Source: Lysobacterales bacterium
Lineage (GTDB): Bacteria; Pseudomonadota; Gammaproteobacteria; Xanthomonadales; SZUA-5
DNA length: 64,000 bases
NCBI GenBank assembly: GCA_022844165.1
Contig: JALHMH010000006.1
Coordinates: 32,001-96,000 of the forward strand
Direction of reading: 5' to 3'
Shown here: in pieces, positions 57,656 through 64,000 of the stretch
How the letters are laid out: every line of letters begins with the position of its first letter
Position numbering within the stretch: position 1 is the first letter of the stretch
Program-made: the position numbers and the translations under genes
Notes under the pieces: generated by a model
The model's database searches: none
The model's input: only the letters and a program-made list of their open reading frames with translations
What the model was told of the DNA's origin: nothing

Positions 57656-58498
57656 TTACTGCTCCAACGCGTCGGGTTTCTTGAGGGACTTGCGCTCATC
57701 GGCTGCCAGTCGGCGCTCCACCTTTTTGACGTCCTCGGCCGCTGGCAATTCTTCGGGGCGAATTCCGCGCTCAAGCAGCGTCTTGCGCACAGCGGCGTTG
57801 TTGGTGACGTGTTCTCTGGATATGGCGGGCTCACTTTTGAGCTGGTGCGCTCGCGAGTTGAAGATCGTGATTTCGGTCGCGAAGTCCTTAGCCTTGAGAA
57901 TGATCGTCGGCGCGAAGTCCGCCAGCGGCCGACTGTCAGGAACCTTCCACTGCGCCTTCATGGCTTGAGTGGATCGACCGAACAACGCATGGTCTCCCTT
58001 GCTGCGAATTAGGGCAAAATCATTGCTGCCACCTGCCTGCTCAAAAATCACATCCGATAGCTCGCGTTCTGTGTCGCTCAATTTCTTGCGCGCTTGCACG
58101 CGTTCGATGTCCAACAGGCGCTGCTCGATGAGTTCCGCGCGTCTGGTTTGCAGGGCAAAGTAGGTCTGCGCAAAGGCAATCTCCGGCTTGCGCGGATCGC
58201 CGTTTTGGGCAATTAAGTAGCACGCGTAGCGAGTGAGCATGAGATCGTCGATCTCGCGCTGACTGCCTGAGCCCAGATCGACCATTTTGTTGACGTCAAC
58301 AAAATGGTCCGCGACTCGATGCTCCGAGACTTCGCACGCCGTTCGCGCTTTCGAGACGACCGACAGGAAATTGCGCCATTCCGAATAGCCGAGAAGGAAC
58401 TGCAGGTCGCGCGCCAGCCAATACTCGATACCACCATCGGTTTGTTGGGCATGCGCTTCAAAGTTCATCGTCAGCGACTGAACCACATCGGATTTCAT
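57656..58498 (-). CDS. dinD: DNA damage-inducible protein D
   Basis: EYWLARDL..LLGY..WRNF (Bro-N), LTRYACYLIAQNGDPRK.EIAFAQTYFA, RGIRPEELP. Confidence 0.9.
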   Translation of the reverse strand: MKSDVVQSLTMNFEAHAQQTDGGIEYWLARDLQFLLGYSEWRNFLSVVSKARTACEVSEHRVADHFVDVNKMVDLGSGSQREIDDLMLTRYACYLIAQNGDPRKPEIAFAQTYFALQTRRAELIEQRLLDIERVQARKKLSDTERELSDVIFEQAGGSNDFALIRSKGDHALFGRSTQAMKAQWKVPDSRPLADFAPTIILKAKDFATEITIFNSRAHQLKSEPAISREHVTNNAAVRKTLLERGIRPEELPAAEDVKKVERRLAADERKSLKKPDALEQ

Positions 58499-59805
58499 CT
58501 GATCCCCTGCTGGTTGGCAACATCCAGGCTACCGGCTTTCGCGAGCATCTGATCGAACGCTGCGCCGACCTTCTTCGCAAAGTCGTCCTGCATCTCGTAC
58601 ACATCGCAGAACTCGGCAAAGGCCCAGCGGCCGAACGAGCTTAGGTTGTTGACGCCTGGCACCCAGTAGACATCCATGGTGTTCTTTTTGTCTTTGGCGT
58701 CTTCGCGCCGGTAGCCCTTGATTTCGACAATCAGATGCAGCGGGTTTTGCGGTCCTCTGCCATCGTCGATCAGTACGATGAAATCGGGGCGGTAGTGGCG
58801 AGTTTCCGAGCCGTAGCGATAGGGCACTTCAAGCCCAAGACCATGATTCTTCACGTACGCAATGACGCGTGGATGCGCTTCGGCGACGCGACAGAATTCG
58901 GCCTCCCAATCGCTCTCTAAGATCACCCAGTTGACGTGGCAGCGTCGCGCATCCGTCTGGTAGCGCTCCTCTCGTGACGTGGTGAAGTTGACATGCAGCG
59001 TGGAACCCACCGGATTGAAGGCATCGAGAACGGCCCGGATCGGTCGCTTGCCCACCTGGGCGCGCGTAATGCCTGCGTTGATGCGCTCGCAGGCCATATC
59101 GGCCAGCATCTTGTACTTCAACTGTGCTGGAAATGTGCCGCCTTTACAGACCAGGTGGTGATCAAGCCACTGGCGACAAATGCGCTTGAGCTGGCCGAAT
59201 AGATGCAATTGCGGATGACCGTCGCCATCGCGCCAGCGGGTGAGCAGCAGATGCGATGTCAGCTCATAAACAACTTGCGAAGGCCGGATTTGACCCGTGT
59301 GGCGAAGGGTGAGGTCCACCGGCTCGCCGATGATTCCGGCGTTTTGCGTTTGCGTCGCGCCTATCAGGTCAGGTGTCAATTCCAGTGTGGCATCGCTATC
59401 GAATGTTGCGGTCAGCGCATCGGCCGGCAAGTCGGTGCGATAGCCGGCGACCCGCGGAAAGCGAATCTCCAAATGATCGCGCTCGGGGCGCACCGCTTTG
59501 ACCTGCACAGTTTGCCTCGGCGGCTGTGGCGGGGCGATGACTGGTTTGGCGGTGAAATCGAAGGGGATACCCAGAACATCGGCGTACTCGACGTGTCCTT
59601 CGTCGAACGCCAGTTCAGCTTGCTCGCCACCGCGCTTCTTTGGCTTCGGGATCGGTGTGATGAACTCGGCCCGACGACGCAATTCCACTATCCTATGCGT
59701 GGGTTGACCTTCCGCGTCCAACTCCCAATGCCTCGACGGATGGTCGTAGGGCGAGTTGAGGATCGGTCGACTGAAGAATGGGTGAGTCTCTTGCTCGATG
59801 TCCAA
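58495..59805 (-). pseudogene. Type III restriction (Res) subunit with large in-frame internal deletion (helicase core missing)
   Basis: N-terminal PILNSPY..P.RHW joined directly to VEYADVLGIPFDF; C-terminal nuclease YRPDF..VEIKG intact; no Walker A or DExH motif; TTG start after GGAG. Confidence 0.75.
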
Positions 59806-59975
59806 AGCAACTCCGCCAAGCGCATTTCGTTCTGATATAGATGGACATCGGGCTGAGACGCAAGCACATTGCAACAATGCAGGTGAGCTGCGCCCGCCGG
59901 ATAAGCCCTCTGGTCTCAGCTTCGGTACACGGGAACTTTTGGCTCATCTCGCCGTTTCGGCGTTGCCTGGCAATG

Positions 59976-60002
59976 TTGAACTTTCAGGCTGCGCCATGCA
60001 GC
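59976..60002 (+). repeat. 27-bp direct repeat, right copy (upstream of parE)
   Basis: Identical to 50934-50960. Confidence 0.9.
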
Positions 60003-60039
60003 ATCCGCCGCCGACCTTGACTTGAGAACCGCGCCACCG

Positions 60040-61929
60040 ATGAGCGCTCGATATAACGCCGCCGATATTGAAGTCTTGCAGGGTTTGGAGCCGGTCAAGC
60101 GCCGCCCGGGCATGTACACGGACACTACGCGCCCGAATCATCTGGTGCAGGAAGTGGTTGACAACTCGGTCGACGAGGCGCTCAGTGGGCATGCAAAGAA
60201 CATCGATGTGAAGGTGTATGCGGACGGCTCGATTGAGGTCACCGACGATGGCCGCGGCATGCCAGTGGATATTCACCCGGAGCACAAGGTGCCGGGTGTC
60301 GAGTTGATCATGTGCCGGCTCCACGCTGGCGGCAAATTTTCCAACAACAACTACAATTTCTCCGGTGGTTTGCACGGCGTAGGCGTTTCGGTGGTCAACG
60401 CATTGAGCGAGCGCGTCGATGTCACCATCAAACGCGACGGTCAGGAATATGCGATCGGCTTCGCCCACGGCGATCCGTCGACGCCGCTGCGTGTGATCGG
60501 TTCGGTCGGCAAGAAAAATACCGGCACCCGAGTCCGCTTTTGGCCGGAGGCCAAATACTTCGATTCGCCGAAGTTGTCGATGCCACGCCTGCGCCACGTG
60601 TTGCGCGCCAAGGCCGTACTCTGTCCCGGGCTCACGGTCACGCTGTGGGATGAAGCCAGCAACGAAAGCGATCGCTGGTATTACGAAGACGGACTGAAGG
60701 ACTATTTGAAGGCGCACTTAAGCGATCGCGACAACCTGCCGGCGGATTTGTTCACCGGCTCGGTGAACAAAACCACCGAAGCCGCAGATTGGGCGCTGGC
60801 CTGGAGCGCCGACGGCGAAGTGGTGCAGGAGAGCTACGTCAATCTGATCCCCACCGCGCAGCACGGCACGCACGTCAACGGGCTGCGCACCGGCCTGACC
60901 GATGCGATCCGCGAGTTTTGCGAGTTCCGCAATCTGCTGCCGCGCGGCGTCAAGCTGGCGCCGGAAGATGTCTGGGAGCGGCTGATGTTCGTGCTGAGCT
61001 TCAAACAGCAAGATCCACAGTTCGCCGGACAAACCAAGGAGCGCCTGTCGTCGCGCGCCGCCGCGCCGTTTATGCAAAGCGCGATGCATGACGCCTTTAG
61101 TTTGTGGCTCAATCAACACACGGAATTGGGCGAGAAAATCGCCGCACTCGCGATCGAACGCGCCCAGGCGCGGCTCAAGACCGAAAAACAGGTGGTTCGC
61201 AAAAAAGTCACCACCGGCCCTGCACTGCCCGGCAAACTCGCCGACTGCGCATCGCAGGACTTAGGTCGCACTGAGCTGTTTATCGTCGAGGGCGATTCTG
61301 CCGGCGGCTCGGCCAAACAGGCACGCGATCGCGAGTACCAGGCGATCCTGCCGCTGCGCGGCAAAATCTTGAACACCTGGGAGGTCGATCCAAGTTCGGT
61401 GTTGGCGTCCACCGAAGTCCATGACCTCGCGGTCGCGATTGGCCTCGATCCGGGCAAAGACGATCTCTCGGGACTGCGCTACGGCAAGATCATCATCCTG
61501 GCCGATGCCGATTCCGATGGTCTGCATATCGCGACCTTGCTCAGCGCGTTGTTCCAACGCCATTTTCGCACGTTGGTCAAAACCGGCCATGTGTTCGTGG
61601 CAATGCCACCGCTATTTCGCATCGACGCCGGCAAACACGTGTTTTATGCGCTCGACGAAAGCGAGCGCAGCGAGATCATCGAACGCATCGCGCGCGAAAA
61701 AATCAAAGGCGCCGTCAGCTGGATCCGCTTCAAAGGCCTGGGCGAAATGAACCCCAGCCAATTGCGCGAGACCACCATCCATCCGGATTCACGCCGGCTG
61801 GTGCAGCTCACGGTTGCGCCCGATGAAGACGATGGCACCAATCGGTTGCTCGATTTGCTGCTGGCCAAAAAACGCTCCGGCGAACGCCGCGAGTGGCTGG
61901 AGCAAAAGGGCGATCTGGCGGTGGTGTAA
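60040..61929 (+). CDS. parE: DNA topoisomerase IV subunit B
   Basis: [58 protein letters not shown]; about 630 aa with no GyrB insertion. Confidence 0.96.
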   Translation: MSARYNAADIEVLQGLEPVKRRPGMYTDTTRPNHLVQEVVDNSVDEALSGHAKNIDVKVYADGSIEVTDDGRGMPVDIHPEHKVPGVELIMCRLHAGGKFSNNNYNFSGGLHGVGVSVVNALSERVDVTIKRDGQEYAIGFAHGDPSTPLRVIGSVGKKNTGTRVRFWPEAKYFDSPKLSMPRLRHVLRAKAVLCPGLTVTLWDEASNESDRWYYEDGLKDYLKAHLSDRDNLPADLFTGSVNKTTEAADWALAWSADGEVVQESYVNLIPTAQHGTHVNGLRTGLTDAIREFCEFRNLLPRGVKLAPEDVWERLMFVLSFKQQDPQFAGQTKERLSSRAAAPFMQSAMHDAFSLWLNQHTELGEKIAALAIERAQARLKTEKQVVRKKVTTGPALPGKLADCASQDLGRTELFIVEGDSAGGSAKQARDREYQAILPLRGKILNTWEVDPSSVLASTEVHDLAVAIGLDPGKDDLSGLRYGKIIILADADSDGLHIATLLSALFQRHFRTLVKTGHVFVAMPPLFRIDAGKHVFYALDESERSEIIERIAREKIKGAVSWIRFKGLGEMNPSQLRETTIHPDSRRLVQLTVAPDEDDGTNRLLDLLLAKKRSGERREWLEQKGDLAVV

Positions 61930-61942
61930 GTGCGTTTCTAAC

Positions 61943-61990
61943 CGGACAAAGCCAACGATGCTCGGCAGTCTGAGACGAAGAGGACACTAA
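61943..61990. repeat. Degenerate fragment of the MITE-like repeat
   Basis: CGGACAAAGCCAACGATGCTCGGCAGTCTGAGACGAAG resembles 13769-13806. Confidence 0.55.
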
Positions 61991-61995
61991 AACCG

Positions 61996-62448
61996 ATGTC
62001 GATACGCAATGCCAGGCACAGCGATTTGCCCGCCATCGTGCGCATGCTCGCGGACGATGCGCTGGGCGCTACTCGCGAGGCGCCCAGCGAGCCGCTCGCC
62101 GACAGTTACTTGAGCGCGTTTGCGGCCATCGAGCGCGATCCGAACATCGAGTTGGTCGTGATCGATCTGGGCGAAGGTCCGATTGCGGTTCTGCAATTGA
62201 CGCTCACCCCGCATATCACGCATCGCGGCGGCTGGCGAGCAACCATTGAAGGCGTTCGCGTCGATGCTCGAAATCAAGGCCGAGGCGTAGGACACCAATT
62301 GCTGCGTTGGGCGATCGAGCGTGCGCGCGAGCGCGGCTGCCATCAGGTGCAACTGACCACCGACAAACAACGGGTGGATGCGCAGCGCTTTTATCTGTCG
62401 CTCGGTTTTGTGACCTCTCATGAAGGGATGAAGCTCAAGCTTTGTTAG
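61996..62448 (+). CDS. GNAT family N-acetyltransferase
   Basis: IEGVRV..QGRGVG..LL, QLTTDKQR.DA.RFY.SLGF. Confidence 0.9.
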   Translation: MSIRNARHSDLPAIVRMLADDALGATREAPSEPLADSYLSAFAAIERDPNIELVVIDLGEGPIAVLQLTLTPHITHRGGWRATIEGVRVDARNQGRGVGHQLLRWAIERARERGCHQVQLTTDKQRVDAQRFYLSLGFVTSHEGMKLKLC

Positions 62449-62469
62449 CTCGGACGATCGTTGGCGTCG

Positions 62470-63120
62470 TCAGCCTGGTTTCTTATCCCGACCGGACTGC
62501 GCGACCAGATACTGCTCGATCGCATGGCCCGCCAGATCTGTCAGCGTCTTCAAAGCGCCGATCACCAAGGTCATCATTCCTGCCTGCGCGCCCGCGGCAG
62601 ACGCACAAACGAGCAGGATGCCCATCGGGAAGACGCGCGCATAGGGCGCGAACATCATCACGCCCAGATTGGGGCGCCCGCGCGCGTCGATCGTCACTTC
62701 GTCGCGGTGCGCCTGCCATTGCGCGATCAGCAACGCTACGCAGCACACCAACAGTGGCAGGAATTCGTCCGTGCGCGGCACCGCCATCAACAGGGCGATC
62801 ACAAAGAACAGGTGGAACACGCCGTAATGCAGCGCAAAGAACCAGGCCGTCGATCGTTTGCCCGCTTCAGTCTCCGGCACGCGTTTGCCATTGCTGGTCA
62901 GTCCCTTGGTCGAGAACTGACGAAGCAGCAACATGCGCCGTACATTGAACGCGCCGATGACCACACTTTGAAACCAGAACGGCCAGACCAGCGCGCCGAT
63001 CGACCAGTCGTTCCAAAGCGCCAGCGCCACACTCAGCGCATTGGCTGCGATCAGCCCCCAATAAGTCGTTTTCATCGGCGGCCCCAAATCCGCCGCAGCC
63101 GCACTCTCGCGCACTGACAT
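62470..63120 (-). CDS. DUF6498-like membrane protein
   Basis: LIAAN..W..FWFQSVVIG.FN, FFALHYG.FH and MFAPYARV motifs. Confidence 0.75.
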   Translation of the reverse strand: MSVRESAAAADLGPPMKTTYWGLIAANALSVALALWNDWSIGALVWPFWFQSVVIGAFNVRRMLLLRQFSTKGLTSNGKRVPETEAGKRSTAWFFALHYGVFHLFFVIALLMAVPRTDEFLPLLVCCVALLIAQWQAHRDEVTIDARGRPNLGVMMFAPYARVFPMGILLVCASAAGAQAGMMTLVIGALKTLTDLAGHAIEQYLVAQSGRDKKPG

Positions 63121-63149
63121 TGGCTCGCCGTTTTGCATTTTCTGGGTCG

Positions 63150-63280
63150 CTAGTGTGGTGTCCCAAAAATAACTGGAATTATGTCCGCGTCTTTCGACCC
63201 CTTGCGGCGACGAGAAGCAACGCTGCAAGGGGTCGAAAGACGCGGAAATAGTTCAAGGTAATTACGGAACACCACATTAG
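63150..63280. mobile_element. Palindromic MITE (~130 bp)
   Basis: Terminal inverted repeats CTAGTGTGGTGTCC / GGAACACCACATTAG; internal perfect 22-bp inverted repeat 63184-63205 / 63225-63246. Confidence 0.75.
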
Positions 63281-63300
63281 CATTGCACAAGGCGGCTCGC

Positions 63301-63460
63301 ACGCGCTCACGCTCGGCCCGGGTCTTGGTCCGGTTGTTTATCGCGCTGCACAACATCGAACTTCGGTTCGATGACGCCGATGCGACGCAGACGATGCTGC
63401 AACTGGCCGCAGGTCAACTCGACGAAGCTGCGTTCGCGGGATGGCTGCGCGAGAAGGCGT
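63301..63460 (+). pseudogene. C-terminal remnant of a Doc/Fic toxin
   Basis: Frame from 63301 reads RSARVLVRLFIALHNIELRFDDADATQTMLQLAAGQLDEAAFAGWLR, typical of a Doc C-terminus; no N-terminus or HPFxxGN motif. Confidence 0.6.
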
Positions 63461-63642
63461 TTTGCCGCCCGCGCCGATGCCTGCCATCCACGGACACGGC
63501 GGAGCCACGAACCAAGGCTGACATCCAGCCTTGTCATTCTGGACACAATCGTCAGAAAAACATGTCCTGGATGGCAAATGCGGATGCCGCAGGAAGGCGG
63601 CGGAACCAGACTGTTGGCACCGACTCAGCGGGAGATATCGCC

Positions 63643-64000
63643 ATGAAAACAGATGCCATGCGCCTGGCAGACGCCACATCCGGACCATTTAAGGTCGCCT
63701 CACTGACGATCGATGCCAACAGCGACGCCATGACCGGGACCGTGCATTGGGACCCCGCGCGTTCGATTTGGAACGGCAGCATGCTGATCGTGACGCTGTT
63801 CGTTGCACCTTTCTACGTGACGTGGGGGGCTGTTGGCGTGTTCGCCGTGTTGTTGCTGGCCACCATGTGCAGCGGGCATTCGGTTGGCTTCCACCGGCGT
63901 CTGATCCATCGGAGTTTCCAATGTCGAAAATGGGTCGAGCGGGTGTTGGTGTGGTCCGGGACGCTGGTTGGCATGCAAGGGCCGTTCTGGGTCATTCACT
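63643..64000 (+). CDS. Acyl-CoA/fatty acid desaturase (truncated by window end)
   Basis: RBS GGAG; TM segments then HSVGFHRRLIHRSF His box and GTLVGMQGP..W..H. Confidence 0.85.
   Translation, partial: MKTDAMRLADATSGPFKVASLTIDANSDAMTGTVHWDPARSIWNGSMLIVTLFVAPFYVTWGAVGVFAVLLLATMCSGHSVGFHRRLIHRSFQCRKWVERVLVWSGTLVGMQGPFWVIH

Larger units (their letters stand above)
50934..60002. mobile_element. ~9 kb defence-type island bounded by direct repeats, no integrase visible
   Basis: Perfect 27-bp flanking repeats; RM-type cargo; patches of lower GC. Confidence 0.75.

Noticed and set aside
60040-61929. gyrB
   Set aside because: Length and signature residues ([21 protein letters not shown]) fit ParE.

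Overview
GC-rich gammaproteobacterial chromosome segment. Gene content and protein style suggest Lysobacterales/Xanthomonadales, which is an inference. Most of the window is housekeeping: folA, an aceE/mdeB-type E1, aroQ-accB-accC, coaE, rsmB-fmt-def, ffh, ppk1-ppx and parE, plus secreted proteins, a TonB-dependent receptor and several MITE-like repeats. Between ppk1 and parE lies an ~18 kb accessory region on the minus strand, in two parts. (i) A compact operon: ADP-ribosylglycohydrolase -> WGR-PARP with an intact H-Y-E triad -> macrodomain -> HEAT/ARM protein -> SWIM Zn-finger protein -> msr/msd ncRNA -> retron reverse transcriptase. This is an Mx162-like (type XIII) retron joined to a complete ADP-ribose writer/eraser module and is the best candidate for an undescribed system. 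(ii) A ~9 kb integrase-less island bounded by a perfect 27-bp direct repeat. It carries an internally deleted type III Res, DinD, Mod, a TIGR04255-led three-gene cassette and a RelE-UvrD fusion. Separately, the 2-oxoacid dehydrogenase E1 carries an in-frame sigma-70 region-4 HTH insertion. All calls come from reading motifs by eye; no searches were run.
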